Assembly: GCA_051305935.1 (NCBI GenBank)
Contig: JBPPMG010000108.1
Coordinates: forward strand, 1 to 60,237
Length of the DNA: 60,237 nucleotides
Direction: 5' to 3'
Source: Thermoanaerobaculia bacterium
Lineage (GTDB): Bacteria; Acidobacteriota; Thermoanaerobaculia; Gp7-AA8
This document shows positions 13,083 through 23,379 of the stretch, piece after piece. Below the pieces are notes generated by a model. The model searched no databases, was not told where the DNA came from, and worked only from the letters and a program-made list of their open reading frames with translations. The translations under genes were made by a program, and so were the position numbers. Within the stretch, counting starts at the first letter, position 1, and the number at the start of each line of letters is the position of its first letter.

Positions 13083-13727
13083 GTGCGAGTAATCCTCGTC
13101 GGCCCGCCGGGAAGCGGCAAAGGGACACAGGCCAAGCAGGTGTCCGAACGCTTCGGCATTCCGCACATCTCCACCGGGGACATTCTCCGGGAGGCGGTGC
13201 GGAACCGGTCGGCGCTCGGGCTCCAGGCGGAGCCGATCATGGCCGCCGGGGGGCTCGTGCCGGATGACCTGATGATCGGGTTGATCCGCGAGCGTCTGGC
13301 GAAGCCGGACGCGACGAAGGGATTCTTACTCGACGGCTTTCCCCGGACGGTCGTGCAGGCCGAGAAGCTCGACGGAATTCTGGTGGGGAATGAGGATGTG
13401 GACCTCTCGGTTGTTGTTTTGCTGGTCCCGGATGCCCTGATCGTCAACCGCATCACGCTCCGGCGTTCGTGCGGGGCGTGCGGGGCGGTTTACCATCTCG
13501 AGAATCTTCCACCGAAGGCGGCGGGCGTGTGTGACAAGTGCGGAGCTGCCCTCGTGGGGCGGCAGGACGACAACGAAGAAGCGGTGGTCAAGCGCCTCGC
13601 GGCGTACCACGCGCAGACGGCACCGGTGGCGGAGTATTACCGGGCCAAGGGTCAGCTGAAGGAAGTCGACGGCAACGCTGCCGTCGACGTGGTCTTTGAA
13701 CGAGTGATGCGATCCCTGGGCGCATGA
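13083..13727 (+). CDS. adk: Adenylate kinase (Zn-lid type)
   Basis: VGPPGSGKGTQA P-loop, and a lid with CGACG...CDKCG. Confidence 0.95.
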   Translation: MRVILVGPPGSGKGTQAKQVSERFGIPHISTGDILREAVRNRSALGLQAEPIMAAGGLVPDDLMIGLIRERLAKPDATKGFLLDGFPRTVVQAEKLDGILVGNEDVDLSVVVLLVPDALIVNRITLRRSCGACGAVYHLENLPPKAAGVCDKCGAALVGRQDDNEEAVVKRLAAYHAQTAPVAEYYRAKGQLKEVDGNAAVDVVFERVMRSLGA

Positions 13728-14536
13728 GAGGGCCGATACTCAAATCTGCTGACGAGCTCGAGATCATGGATCGCGCCAACCGCGCGGTCCTCGAGATCCT
13801 CGAGATCATGAGGCAGATGATCCGGCCCGGAGCCACTACGGCTCAACTCAATGCGGTCGCCGAGGAAGAGCTCGCGAAGAGGGGGGCAAAGAGCCCCTTC
13901 AAAGGGTATGCCCCGATGGGGCTTCCGCCTTACCCGGCGGTCGTCTGCACGTCGGTGAACGACGTGATCGTTCATGGCATCCCGAATCGCGAGCGACTTC
14001 GTGAGGGCGACATCGTCGGAATCGACTTCGGTACGATCCTCGACGGCTTCGTGGGCGACGGTGCGATCACCGTGGCCGTGGGCGAGGTCAGCGAGGAAAC
14101 GGGCAAGCTGATTCAGACGACGAAGGAATGCCTCGACCTCGCGATTGCCGAGATGAGGCCGGGCAACCGGCTCGGCGATATCGGGGCCGCGGTTCAGGAG
14201 CACGCCGAGGCAAACGGGTTTCATGTCATCCGCAGCTTTGTGGGGCACGGAATCGGGCGGCGGATGCACGAAGAGCCGCAGGTGCACAACTTCGGCGTAC
14301 GCGGCAGGGGTCTCGAGTTGAAGGAAGGAATGGTGCTCGCGGTGGAGCCGATGGTCTGCACGATCGGCGAGAGGCTGCAGCAGAAGCTCGAGAAGTCGCG
14401 CGACGGGATGGTGCAGGACGTTCGGACCGATCGGGACGGATGGACGGCACGAACACTCGACGGGGCGCTGGCGGCGCACTTCGAGAACTCGATCGCAATC
14501 ACCGCCGACGGCCCAAGGGTCCTCGGTTTGCAGTGA
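13724..14536 (+). CDS. map: Methionine aminopeptidase type I
   Basis: ...VCTSVNDVIVHGIP...DIVGIDFG...GHGIGRRMHEEP... metal-ligand pattern. It overlaps the adk stop. Confidence 0.95.
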   Translation: MRGPILKSADELEIMDRANRAVLEILEIMRQMIRPGATTAQLNAVAEEELAKRGAKSPFKGYAPMGLPPYPAVVCTSVNDVIVHGIPNRERLREGDIVGIDFGTILDGFVGDGAITVAVGEVSEETGKLIQTTKECLDLAIAEMRPGNRLGDIGAAVQEHAEANGFHVIRSFVGHGIGRRMHEEPQVHNFGVRGRGLELKEGMVLAVEPMVCTIGERLQQKLEKSRDGMVQDVRTDRDGWTARTLDGALAAHFENSIAITADGPRVLGLQ

Positions 14537-14589
14537 GTAAAATGCGCGCTCTCCGGAGCGCGGCGCAGTAGGGTGAGTTTTGGAGAGGT

Positions 14590-14808
14590 ATGGCGAAGGA
14601 AGACGCGATTGAAGTGATGGCAACGGTCCTCGAGACCCTGCCAAACGCGATGTTTCAGGTGGAGCTCGAGAACAAACACAAGGTTCTGGCTCACATCTCG
14701 GGAAAGATGAGAAAGCATTTCATCCGCATCCTTCCCGGGGACAAGGTACTCGTCGAGTTGTCGCCGTACGATCTGACCCGTGGAAGAATCGTTTACCGAT
14801 ACAAGTAG
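14590..14808 (+). CDS. infA: Translation initiation factor IF-1
   Basis: 72 aa. [41 protein letters not shown]... Confidence 0.96.
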   Translation: MAKEDAIEVMATVLETLPNAMFQVELENKHKVLAHISGKMRKHFIRILPGDKVLVELSPYDLTRGRIVYRYK

Positions 14809-14819
14809 CCGAGGCAATC

Positions 14820-14933
14820 ATGAAGGTTCGTTCATCAGTCAAAAGAATTTGTCCCAAGTGCAAGCTCGTCCGCCGCGAGGGAGTCATTCGCATCATCTGC
14901 GAGATTCCCAAGCACAAACAGCGGCAGGGATAG
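14820..14933 (+). CDS. rpmJ: 50S ribosomal protein L36
   Basis: My own translation: [37 protein letters not shown] (37 aa). It falls below the track's size cut-off. Confidence 0.92.
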   Translation: MKVRSSVKRICPKCKLVRREGVIRIICEIPKHKQRQG

Positions 14934-14978
14934 AGCCCTCGCACAGCGAAGGCATCGAGTCATAGCGGAGGATTTTTC

Positions 14979-15362
14979 GTGGCACGTATTTCTGGTATTG
15001 ACCTTCCCCTGAACAAGCGCGTGGAAATCGGCCTGACCTATATTTTCGGGATCGGGCGCACGCGGTCGAACAAGATCCTCGCGCAGGCAGCGGTGGATCC
15101 CAACACGCGCGTGAAAGACCTGACCGAAGACGACGTCCGCAAGATCCGCCAGGTCATTCAGGACCAGGGCGAGGTCGAAGGCGATCTCCGGAAGAATGTC
15201 GGACTCGACATCAAGCGGCTGGTCGAGATCGGCTGCTACCGCGGAGTCCGCCATCGCCGGGGCCTCCCGGTGCACGGCCAGCGCACGCACACGAACGCAC
15301 GCACGCGGAAGGGCCCCCGCAAGGGCGCCGTCGCGGGCAAGAAGAAGGCGACGAAGAAGTAA
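14979..15362 (+). CDS. rpsM: 30S ribosomal protein S13
   Basis: GTG start. [25 protein letters not shown]... Confidence 0.95.
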   Translation: MARISGIDLPLNKRVEIGLTYIFGIGRTRSNKILAQAAVDPNTRVKDLTEDDVRKIRQVIQDQGEVEGDLRKNVGLDIKRLVEIGCYRGVRHRRGLPVHGQRTHTNARTRKGPRKGAVAGKKKATKK

Positions 15363-15390
15363 TTCGGGTTAGCACGAGGAACGAGAAGCT

Positions 15391-15807
15391 ATGGCAAAAC
15401 CAGCACCGAAGACCGGAACCGGCGCACGCCGCGCGGGCGGCAAGAAGAAGGAAAAGAAGAACGTCCCGCACGGGTTGGCGGCGATTTCCGCGTCCTTCAA
15501 CAACACGATCGTCGCGATCACCGACCCGGTGGGAAATCTCCTCTCGTGGTCGAGCGCGGGCCGGATCGGGTTCAAGGGATCGCGAAAGGGAACGCCCTTT
15601 GCCGCGCAGATGGCCGCGCAGAACGCGGCTCAGCTTGCGTCCGAGCACGGCGTCCGCTCCGTCGACGTCCGGGTCAAGGGACCTGGCGCCGGACGCGAGT
15701 CGGCGATCCGCGCGCTCGCGGCGAGCGGCATCGACATCAAGACGATCAAAGACGTCACCCCGATTCCGCACAACGGATGCCGGCCGCCGAAGCGCCGCCG
15801 CGTCTGA
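15391..15807 (+). CDS. rpsK: 30S ribosomal protein S11
   Basis: ...[18 protein letters not shown]...[16 protein letters not shown]. Confidence 0.95.
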   Translation: MAKPAPKTGTGARRAGGKKKEKKNVPHGLAAISASFNNTIVAITDPVGNLLSWSSAGRIGFKGSRKGTPFAAQMAAQNAAQLASEHGVRSVDVRVKGPGAGRESAIRALAASGIDIKTIKDVTPIPHNGCRPPKRRRV

Positions 15808-15831
15808 CCTCTGCGAGAGATTGCTCACGGT

Positions 15832-15864
15832 GAGAGCCGCCGCGGCATGGCCGCGGTGACTCTC
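15832..15864 (+). promoter_or_regulatory. Long hairpin in the 153-nt rpsK-rpsD spacer (possible internal attenuator or S4 regulatory leader element)
   Basis: CCGCGGC-ATG-GCCGCGG core stem, extended by GAGAG/CTCTC. A TTTTT run lies about 15 nt downstream. Confidence 0.3.
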
Positions 15865-15960
15865 TCTCGTGCGCGCTTTTTCATTCAGTTGAATCAACGG
15901 TGAGTCGGTAGCTTCCGGCCACCACGGACCGACAGAAACGAACGATCAGGAGGAAGTAAA

Positions 15961-16587
15961 GTGGCTCGTTATACGGATCCCGTCTGCAGACTCTGCCGCC
16001 GCGAGGGGCTCAAGCTGTTCCTCAAGGGCGACCGGTGCTTCAAGGACAAGTGCGCGATCGAACGCCGCGCCTACGCCCCCGGCCAGCATGGCCGTCGCCG
16101 CTCCAAGGTTCTCGGCTACGGCCTGCAGCTCCGCGAGAAGCAGAAGGTCAAGCGGATTTACGGCCTGCTCGAGAAGCAGTTCCGTCTCTACTTCAAGCGT
16201 GCCGACCAGGCGCGCGGGGTCACCGGCGAGAACCTCCTCCGCCAGCTCGAGCTGCGACTCGACAACGTCGTCTATGCGCTCGGGTTTGCTGCATCTCGCG
16301 CCCAGGCGCGTCAGCTCGTCCGGCACGGCCACATCGAGGTCAACGGGCGCAAGCTCAACATCCCTTCGTACCAGGCTCGCAAGAACGACGCGATCCAGGT
16401 CCGCGAAAAGAGCCGCAAGAACGACCAGGTCCGTCTGGCGATCGAAACGGCCAGCGGACGTGGGATCCCTGCCTGGCTCGAGCTCCAGCCTGAGCAGTTC
16501 CGTGGCATGGTGCGTGATCTTCCGAAGCGCGAAGACATCCGCCTGCCGATCCAGGAACAGCTCATCGTCGAGCTCTACTCGAAGTAA
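15961..16587 (+). CDS. rpsD: 30S ribosomal protein S4
   Basis: GTG start. [25 protein letters not shown]... Confidence 0.95.
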   Translation: MARYTDPVCRLCRREGLKLFLKGDRCFKDKCAIERRAYAPGQHGRRRSKVLGYGLQLREKQKVKRIYGLLEKQFRLYFKRADQARGVTGENLLRQLELRLDNVVYALGFAASRAQARQLVRHGHIEVNGRKLNIPSYQARKNDAIQVREKSRKNDQVRLAIETASGRGIPAWLELQPEQFRGMVRDLPKREDIRLPIQEQLIVELYSK

Positions 16588-16673
16588 CCGCCCGGAAAAC
16601 AGCTCTTCAGCTCGCCGGCACGTGGCCGGCGGACTGTGCGGGCCACCCAACGAATGTCGAGGAGGCCGTCCCT

Positions 16674-17669
16674 ATGTGGTCAGATTTTCAGAAACCCAAA
16701 AAGCTCGAGCATGACGTCGAGACCCTGACGCCGCACTACGGCAGGTTCGTCGCCCAGCCCTTCGAGCGCGGCTTTGGTACGACGATCGGCAATGCGCTGC
16801 GTCGCGTCCTGTTGTCGTCGATCGAAGGGGCCGCGGTCACCGCGGTCCGCGTCGAGAATGTGCTCCATGAGTTCTCATCCCTCCAGGGCGTCGTCGAAGA
16901 CATGACCGACGTCGTTCTCAATCTCAAGCAAATCCCCTTCCGCATTCACAGCCGCGGATCGAAGACCCTGTTCCTCGAGAAGAAGGGCCCCGGCATCGTC
17001 ACCGCCGCTGACATCCAGCGCGAGGCCGACGTCGAGATCCTCGACCCGAAAGCGCACATCGCGACCCTGTCCAAGGAAGGCTCGCTCAAGATGGAGATCC
17101 GCCTCAAGGTCGGACGCGGCTACGTCGCGGCCGATCGGAACGCCGATCCCGATCTGCCGCTCGGCTACATCCCGGTCGACTCGATCCACTCGCCCGTCCG
17201 TCGCGTGAACTATCACATCGAAGGCGCGCGCGTGGGCAACGTCACCGACTACGATCGTCTCGTGCTCGAGATCTGGACGAACGGCGCCGTCGCCCCGCAG
17301 GAAGCGCTCTCGCTCGCCTCGGGACTGATCGCCGATCACCTCTCGATCTTCAGCGAGTTCGAGACCTCGGTCCAGGAAGACGAGATCTCGGCCGAGCCGG
17401 ATGTCGATCCGAAGCTCATGGAGATGCTCTCGAAGCCGATCGAGGAGCTCGACCTCTCCGTCCGTTCGGCAAACTGCCTCAAGAATGCGAACATCCGCAC
17501 GCTCGGCGATCTCGTCCAGCGCTCGGAGCGCGAGATGCTCTCGACGAAGAACTTCGGCCGCAAGTCACTCGACGAGATCAAGGACGTGCTGAGCCAGCTC
17601 GGCCTGTCCTTCGGGATGTCGATTCGCGGCGGCGAGAAGCGCGGCGAGCCCGTTCACTCCGCGGAGTGA
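16674..17669 (+). CDS. rpoA: DNA-directed RNA polymerase subunit alpha
   Basis: 331 aa with an N-terminal assembly domain and the C-terminal motif ...[24 protein letters not shown]... Confidence 0.96.
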   Translation: MWSDFQKPKKLEHDVETLTPHYGRFVAQPFERGFGTTIGNALRRVLLSSIEGAAVTAVRVENVLHEFSSLQGVVEDMTDVVLNLKQIPFRIHSRGSKTLFLEKKGPGIVTAADIQREADVEILDPKAHIATLSKEGSLKMEIRLKVGRGYVAADRNADPDLPLGYIPVDSIHSPVRRVNYHIEGARVGNVTDYDRLVLEIWTNGAVAPQEALSLASGLIADHLSIFSEFETSVQEDEISAEPDVDPKLMEMLSKPIEELDLSVRSANCLKNANIRTLGDLVQRSEREMLSTKNFGRKSLDEIKDVLSQLGLSFGMSIRGGEKRGEPVHSAE

Positions 17670-17704
17670 ACCGAGCCCGGCCCCACTGAGGAGAGGCGAG
17701 AACC

Positions 17705-18271
17705 ATGAGACACGGAATGACACACAATCGGCTTGGACGAAACAGCAGCCACCGCAAGGCGCTGTTCCGCAACCAGCTCGCTTCGCTCATCGAGAGCGAG
17801 CGCATCGTCACTACACTGGTCAAGGCGAAGGAACTTCGCCCAATCGCCGAGAAGTTCGTCACGCTCGGCAAGAAGGGCACCCTTCACGCGCGCCGCACCG
17901 CGGGCCGCGCCATCGCCAGCGACACGCTCCTGAAGAAGCTCTTCGAGGACATCGCTCCGCGCATGGCGGATCGCGCCGGCGGTTACACGAGGATCGTCAA
18001 GCTCGGACCCCGCCGCGGTGACGGCGCCGAAATGGCAATCCTCGAATTCGTCGACTTCAAGTTCGAGGTGAAGCTGCCCGAAACGCCTGCGAGCAGGAAG
18101 GCGGCGGCGGCGAAGAAGGCGAAGGAAGCGGAGCCCGCCTCCGAGGCGAAAGCCGAAAAGGCGGAGAAGAAGCCGGCGAAGAAGAAGGCTGCACCAAAGA
18201 AAGACGCCGGTGAGGCCGCGGACAAGAAGAAAGCAGCTCCGAAGAAAGCCGCGAAGAAGAAGGCAGAGTAA
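17705..18271 (+). CDS. rplQ: 50S ribosomal protein L17 with a long Lys/Ala/Pro/Glu-rich tail
   Basis: MRHGMTHNRLGRNSSHRKAL... core, then about 65 aa of AAKKAKEAEP...KKAAKKKAE. Confidence 0.94.
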   Translation: MRHGMTHNRLGRNSSHRKALFRNQLASLIESERIVTTLVKAKELRPIAEKFVTLGKKGTLHARRTAGRAIASDTLLKKLFEDIAPRMADRAGGYTRIVKLGPRRGDGAEMAILEFVDFKFEVKLPETPASRKAAAAKKAKEAEPASEAKAEKAEKKPAKKKAAPKKDAGEAADKKKAAPKKAAKKKAE

Positions 18272-18301
18272 TCGCTGCTTCGAAACGCTGATGGACCCCG
18301 A

Positions 18302-18333
18302 GGGCCCGCCGCAAGGCGGGCCCTTTGTCATTT
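18302..18333. terminator. Rho-independent-type terminator between convergent rplQ and the isochorismatase-family gene
   Basis: GGGCCCGCC-GCAA-GGCGGGCCC perfect 9-bp stem followed by TTTGTCATTT. Confidence 0.7.
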
Positions 18334-18882
18334 CACCAGTCTCGAAATTGCGCGGAATTCGTCCGTTCCCGCCGCGACGGTCATCTCGAACAAGGCCATC
18401 TCCGTCGTCGTCAGCCGCGCGCCGTCGTAAAGCATCCGATCGATCGCGAGGTCGCGATTGCGCTCGGTGCGCGACGAGGTCGCATCCGCGGCGACAAAGA
18501 CTTCGAAGCCTGCAGCGAGCAGATCGCCGCAGGTCTGGTAGACGCAGACGTGCGCCTCGACCCCACAGAGAATGACCTGCCTGCGCCCCGAACCTCGCAG
18601 CGCAGTGGAGAACTCGTCCGCCCCGAAGCTCGAGAAACACATCTTCTGGATCGGCGCCGCAACGCCCGTGTCACCCATCGCCTCTCGCACCGCGATCGTC
18701 GTCGGGCCGATTCCTTTTGGATACTGCTCGGTCACGACGATCGGCACGCCCAGGACGTGGCAGCCGCGAATCAGCCTCACGACGTTCGCATCGACCGCGG
18801 CGGCCTCGTGGATGACTGACATCAGTCGCTCCTGGACGTCGATCACAGCGAGCACGGCACCATTTCGATCGAGTCTGTTCAT
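18328..18882 (-). CDS. Isochorismatase-family cysteine hydrolase
   Basis: 184 aa. ...AVLAVIDVQERL...ILCGVEAHVCVYQT... matches the family's catalytic Cys context. Confidence 0.85.
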   Translation of the reverse strand: MNRLDRNGAVLAVIDVQERLMSVIHEAAAVDANVVRLIRGCHVLGVPIVVTEQYPKGIGPTTIAVREAMGDTGVAAPIQKMCFSSFGADEFSTALRGSGRRQVILCGVEAHVCVYQTCGDLLAAGFEVFVAADATSSRTERNRDLAIDRMLYDGARLTTTEMALFEMTVAAGTDEFRAISRLVK

Positions 18883-19874
18883 CGGCTCTCCCTCCTGGAG
18901 TTCGCGGGTCGGGCCTTCACGGCGGCGACCAGGTGTTTTGGGGTTCCTCCGCGCAGGGCCAGAACGACATCCCGCGCGACCTTGCGCGCCATTTCGTTTC
19001 GCGTCTCTTCCGTCGCCGAGCCAATGTGTGGCAACAGGACGACGTTCGCCATCCGGAGGAGCCGGGGATTGATCTTCGGCTCGTTCTCGAATACGTCGAG
19101 CGCCGCCCCGCGGAGGTGATGCGAGTCGAGGGCGTCGGCCAGCGCTTCCTCGTCGATGACCGCTCCGCGCGAGGTGTTGATGAGAAAGCTTCCCTTCCTC
19201 ATCATGGCCAGCGCCTTCGCGTCGAGCATCCCGTGCGTCTCCTCGGTAAGCGGTGTGTGGACCGTGACCACGTGGCTCGTTTTCAACAGAGTCTCGAACG
19301 TCACGCGCGCGACACTGAGCTCGAGCTGAGGCGTCGGATCGAAGCTTCGAGTGTGGCAGACGATTTCCATGCCGAACGCGATCGCGCGCGCGGCGACCGC
19401 CTGTCCGATTCGGCCCATGCCGATGATCCCGAGCCGCTTTCCCTGGAGCGACGTTCCGAGCAACAGCGCTGGATCCCAGCGCTCGAACCTGCCTTCACGA
19501 ACGAAGTGATCTCCTTCGACGACACGCCGAGTCACCGCGAGAATCAAGGCCAGTGTCAGGTCAGCTGTCGCGTCAGTCAGAACTCCAGGAGTGTTCGTCA
19601 CGAAGATCCCGCGCCGTTTCGCCGCGGCTACGTCGATGTTGTTCGTGCCGACCGCGTAGTTCGCGACGATCTTCAGGCTGGGGCAGGCTCGCAGGACACG
19701 CGAGGTGATCGGATCGGACAGCATCGTGACGGCTGCGTTTGCGCCACGAAGGAGCTCGATCATTTCGCGCTCCGTCCGTGATGCGGAAGCCGGAACGACG
19801 ACGACCTCTCCTTCCTTTCTCAGAAGCGTGAGCCCTGCCCGCGGGATCTCACCGGTAACGATGATTCGATTCAT
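18879..19874 (-). CDS. D-isomer-specific 2-hydroxyacid dehydrogenase (glyoxylate / hydroxypyruvate reductase-like)
   Basis: MNRIIVTGE... I chose the ATG at 19874 inside track ORF 18879-20156. NAD motif GIIGMGRIGQAV and ...LLPHIGSAT... Its stop overlaps the downstream gene's start. Confidence 0.88.
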   Translation of the reverse strand: MNRIIVTGEIPRAGLTLLRKEGEVVVVPASASRTEREMIELLRGANAAVTMLSDPITSRVLRACPSLKIVANYAVGTNNIDVAAAKRRGIFVTNTPGVLTDATADLTLALILAVTRRVVEGDHFVREGRFERWDPALLLGTSLQGKRLGIIGMGRIGQAVAARAIAFGMEIVCHTRSFDPTPQLELSVARVTFETLLKTSHVVTVHTPLTEETHGMLDAKALAMMRKGSFLINTSRGAVIDEEALADALDSHHLRGAALDVFENEPKINPRLLRMANVVLLPHIGSATEETRNEMARKVARDVVLALRGGTPKHLVAAVKARPANSRRESR

Positions 19875-19891
19875 CGTGTGCTCCCCCGGCC

Positions 19892-22396
19892 TCACTGTTG
19901 CTTGAGCGCCAAAGCGAGGAGGTCCTCCTCGAGCAGGCCTACGGGCCGCTCGACGATCCGCCCCAGCTCGACACCGTCTCGGACGTAGAGAATCGTCGAC
20001 ACCTTCTCGAGCCCTCGCCCTTCGACGAGGCCGGCTGGCAGCTGCTTCGTCCGGTCGACGCTCACGAGCCGAAGAGGCAGCGCAACTCCCGCGACCTCGA
20101 GCGCATCGAGGATCCGGAGCAACTTCGGGATCTCGCGCTGGCTGTCGTCGCACCACGTTCCGAGAAATACCTCGAGCCGGTCTTCGGGCTGGATCACCGA
20201 TGCGAGATACGAGAGCGTATCGAGGTCAGGCTCGTACGCCTCCTTTCGCACACGGTACTCGGGGACGATCGCGAGGAGCCGCTCGGCGGTCGTTTCACCG
20301 ATTACGGTTGGCAGGGTGGTCTGGCTCACGGCCGCGATGCCCGCGGCATCGAGGCGCTTCGCGTCGATGAGAATCGTGTCGACGCGTTCGCCTCGCTCCA
20401 CGAGGTCGGCAACGCCTCCCATTCCGGCGACGACGTGGCCGAACACGGTGTAGCCGCCATCGAGATGGGGCTGCGGAGAATGGGTCACGAAGAACTGCGA
20501 GCCTCCGGTGTCGAGGCCCGAGAGCGCCATCCCGAGCGCACCGCGCGAGTAACGTGCCTCGTTGATCTCGTCCCGAATCGCGTAACCGGGCCCGCCGCTC
20601 ATGTCGTTCCTCGGGTCGCCTCCCTGCAGGACGAAGTTGGGAACGACGCGCATGAACGTGGTCCCGTCGAAGTACTTCCTCTGCGCGAGCCCGGCGAAAT
20701 TCCACGTGGTCATCGGCGCCTCGCGCGTGAAGAGCACGAGATCGATATCGCCGCGCGCCATTCGAATCGTGGCGGAGTGAGGCTGCGCCGCCCAGCGGGC
20801 AATCTCTTCGTAGTCGGATAGAGGCCTTTCGATCGCGAGCGGCGTGTACTGGTAGCGAATCCTCGCGACACGCTCGAGACTCTCCGCCGCAATCCTTCGG
20901 ACGACCGGATCGTTGTCCTTCAGGAGAGACGCGAGCCAGGTCTCGCGGCTAGGGTCCTCGATCGACGCGATGAGCTCGACAGCCGCAAGGCGCGCATCGT
21001 TGTGGAGCTCGGCATGTGATGTCTGTTCGATTCCGACGAGTCGGTCGCGCGAGACGAGTGACTTGTAGGGATCCGCCGAAAGGCGCGCAAGCGCCGAAGC
21101 GCGAACGACTAGGTCGGCGTCGTCGAGCGCGGCGAGGAGAAGTTTCGTGTCGGACTCCGCGGGCCGCTCCGGGATGGCATTGACGACCGACGCGCGGACG
21201 AGCGCCTCCGAAGATGAAGCGAGACGCGCGCGAATCGCGGCCCCCGCTGCGTGGGACGACGTGCCTTCCAGGATGCGGGCACGGACCCACGGCGACTCGT
21301 GCTCGACCAGCTTCGACGTCTCATCGACGAGACCGGCTCGCGCGAGGGCCAGTGCCGCCTGCTCCCGGAGCCAGCGCTCGCCACCGTTGACGAAGGCGAC
21401 GAGCCGCTCCCTCGCGCCGACGTCCGACTGCGCGAAGCGGCCGAGGAGCTCGACTGCCGTCGCACGCGTTCCGGGATCGGGATCGGACGTCAGCTCGATC
21501 AGGCGTCTCCCTGCCGAGGCTGCGACCTCCGACGTTAGGCGCTCCGGAGTCTTGTCGACGACCTGCCCGATCGAGCGTGCGGCGTTCGTCCTCACCCAGG
21601 GATGAGGATCCTCGAGGGCGTCGGAAAGTGCCCGGAGCGAATCGCCCGAGGCGATCAGCCCGAGGGCTCTCGCAGCGTAGGCGCGAACCAGCGCGTCGCC
21701 GTCGGCGAGCAGGAACTCGAGCTTCCGGCGCGCTGGAGCGAATGCCCTCCGGCTGAGCGCGTAGCAGGCTTCGACGCGGACGGTGGGCTCGGGACTCTCG
21801 AGAAGCATGGCCGCCGTCGCCGACGCCTCGTCAGTGCCGAATCGGAAGAGGTAGCGAATCGAGACGGCGCGAACCTCGAGCGGATACTCCGTCGAGGTCA
21901 GAACCTGGAATCGGTCGAACGGAACCGACGCTGCGATTTTCGACAACGCTTCGGCCGCGGTCGCCGCGACGGCCGGCTCCGTGTCCGCGGTGAGTGTGAA
22001 GAGCGCGTCGACGGAGGAGGGATCACCGATCTCACCCATAGCGAACGCGGCGCTTCTTCGCACGTTGGCAGCCGGATCGGTTGCGAGCTCGGCGAGTTGC
22101 ATGAGGCCGGCCATCGTCTCGCCCGGATCGCGCCGGCCATTTTCGTTCGCGTCATCGAACGTGGCCGTGCCGATCCTTCCGAGCGCACGCGCGATTCGTT
22201 CGCGTCTCGCGGCATCGGGGTGCCGCGACCACTCCCGCGCGACAGCGCGATCGTACTCGCGCCGGTCTTCGAGCCGGAGGATGATCGCTTCGTCGGCGAG
22301 CCCGTTGCCCGTCGCGGGAGCTTTGGTGGCCGGTTGCGGTACGGACGTCGAGCAGGCGGCCAGAAGGAGTGTCGAAGCGAAGAGCAGTCGTCTCAT
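19892..22396 (-). CDS. Lipoprotein: HEAT-repeat region + cyclophilin-type peptidyl-prolyl isomerase + thioredoxin-like C-terminal domain
   Basis: I chose the start MRRLLFASTLLLAAC (lipobox). Repeated ...D.D..VR..AA.AL... HEAT-like units. Cyclophilin core FMRVVPNFVLQGGDP...GGSQFFVT. The C-terminus contains ...LGTWCDDSQREIPKL... Confidence 0.8.
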   Translation of the reverse strand: MRRLLFASTLLLAACSTSVPQPATKAPATGNGLADEAIILRLEDRREYDRAVAREWSRHPDAARRERIARALGRIGTATFDDANENGRRDPGETMAGLMQLAELATDPAANVRRSAAFAMGEIGDPSSVDALFTLTADTEPAVAATAAEALSKIAASVPFDRFQVLTSTEYPLEVRAVSIRYLFRFGTDEASATAAMLLESPEPTVRVEACYALSRRAFAPARRKLEFLLADGDALVRAYAARALGLIASGDSLRALSDALEDPHPWVRTNAARSIGQVVDKTPERLTSEVAASAGRRLIELTSDPDPGTRATAVELLGRFAQSDVGARERLVAFVNGGERWLREQAALALARAGLVDETSKLVEHESPWVRARILEGTSSHAAGAAIRARLASSSEALVRASVVNAIPERPAESDTKLLLAALDDADLVVRASALARLSADPYKSLVSRDRLVGIEQTSHAELHNDARLAAVELIASIEDPSRETWLASLLKDNDPVVRRIAAESLERVARIRYQYTPLAIERPLSDYEEIARWAAQPHSATIRMARGDIDLVLFTREAPMTTWNFAGLAQRKYFDGTTFMRVVPNFVLQGGDPRNDMSGGPGYAIRDEINEARYSRGALGMALSGLDTGGSQFFVTHSPQPHLDGGYTVFGHVVAGMGGVADLVERGERVDTILIDAKRLDAAGIAAVSQTTLPTVIGETTAERLLAIVPEYRVRKEAYEPDLDTLSYLASVIQPEDRLEVFLGTWCDDSQREIPKLLRILDALEVAGVALPLRLVSVDRTKQLPAGLVEGRGLEKVSTILYVRDGVELGRIVERPVGLLEEDLLALALKQQ

Positions 22397-22442
22397 CGGA
22401 ACCCTCGTTCGAACGGCGGGAATCATGATAGCCGCGACCGTG

Positions 22443-23027
22443 TCAGCCGCGCGCTCCACCCTTGCTGTTCGGCAAGGGCTGATCGACGCCTCCGGAGACG
22501 CCACCTGAGACGATGAACGCCATCACCCGTCCCGGATCAGCGGTTACAGGCTTCACGCTATCCCGGGGAACCACGACGAGGTTGCCGGCGAAATTGTAGG
22601 ACTGCGGGAAGTAGACGGCGACTTTGCCTTCCGCGCCCATCGATTCCAGATCGTCGCACGTGATGAAGCCGAGAGCCTCGACGCTCGGAGGCCCCCCAAG
22701 GGTGACGAGTACCGGGCGGTTGAACCGCTTCCGATCACCAACGAACGCCTCGATGAGGTCCTTGATCGACGTGTAAAGGATCTTCACCAGGGGCGCGCGC
22801 CTGAAGATGGCGTCGGGAATCGCGAGCAGACGCGCGACGACCCAGTTCGACGCGAGCACGCCGACGAGCACGATTGCAGCGAACGTCACGAGCACGCCGA
22901 GCCCGGGGAAGGGGAGCGCGATGAGCCGGTCGATCCAGACGAACGTCTGGTAGAGGATGTAGACCGTAACAACACTCGGTATGACGATGGCGAGGCCCCT
23001 GAGGAAGTTCTTGGCGATGAAGTTCAT
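22443..23027 (-). CDS. DUF502-family membrane protein
   Basis: MNFIAKNFLRGLAIVIPSVVTVYILY... with two TM segments. ATG at 23027 inside the longer track ORF. Confidence 0.75.
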   Translation of the reverse strand: MNFIAKNFLRGLAIVIPSVVTVYILYQTFVWIDRLIALPFPGLGVLVTFAAIVLVGVLASNWVVARLLAIPDAIFRRAPLVKILYTSIKDLIEAFVGDRKRFNRPVLVTLGGPPSVEALGFITCDDLESMGAEGKVAVYFPQSYNFAGNLVVVPRDSVKPVTADPGRVMAFIVSGGVSGGVDQPLPNSKGGARG

Positions 23028-23157
23028 CCGTCTCCGTCCCGGCAAATTGTCCGCGACGATTATCTCAGTCCCGGCCCTTCCGCGGGGCAGCTGCTTGCCG
23101 CGCGCCCCGTGCATCTGCTAGAAGCGATCCGGGCGCCGCGGGGCGTCCGGGAGGCGA

Positions 23158-23334
23158 ATGGTGGATCCGATATTTCTCGTGCTTGTGGTCGCGACGCTCC
23201 TGATCGGTGTTCTCTGCTGGGTCTGGATGAAGAACTCCCGGGCCTCGCAGACGAGGATGGAGGCGATGCATCAGAAAACCATCGCGCTCCTCGAGGAGCA
23301 GACCGCACTTCTCCGCCGGATTGCGGAGAAATAG
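23158..23334 (+). CDS. Small single-pass membrane protein (58 aa), hypothetical
   Basis: My own translation: MVDPIFLVLVVATLLIGVLCWVWMKNSRASQTRMEAMHQKTIALLEEQTALLRRIAEK*. It is not in the track (under 60 aa) and fills the gap upstream of rfbB. Confidence 0.4.
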   Translation: MVDPIFLVLVVATLLIGVLCWVWMKNSRASQTRMEAMHQKTIALLEEQTALLRRIAEK

Positions 23335-23379
23335 CCCCTCGGGGCGAGGGGTTAGAGGGGCCTGAATTAGGAAACGATT

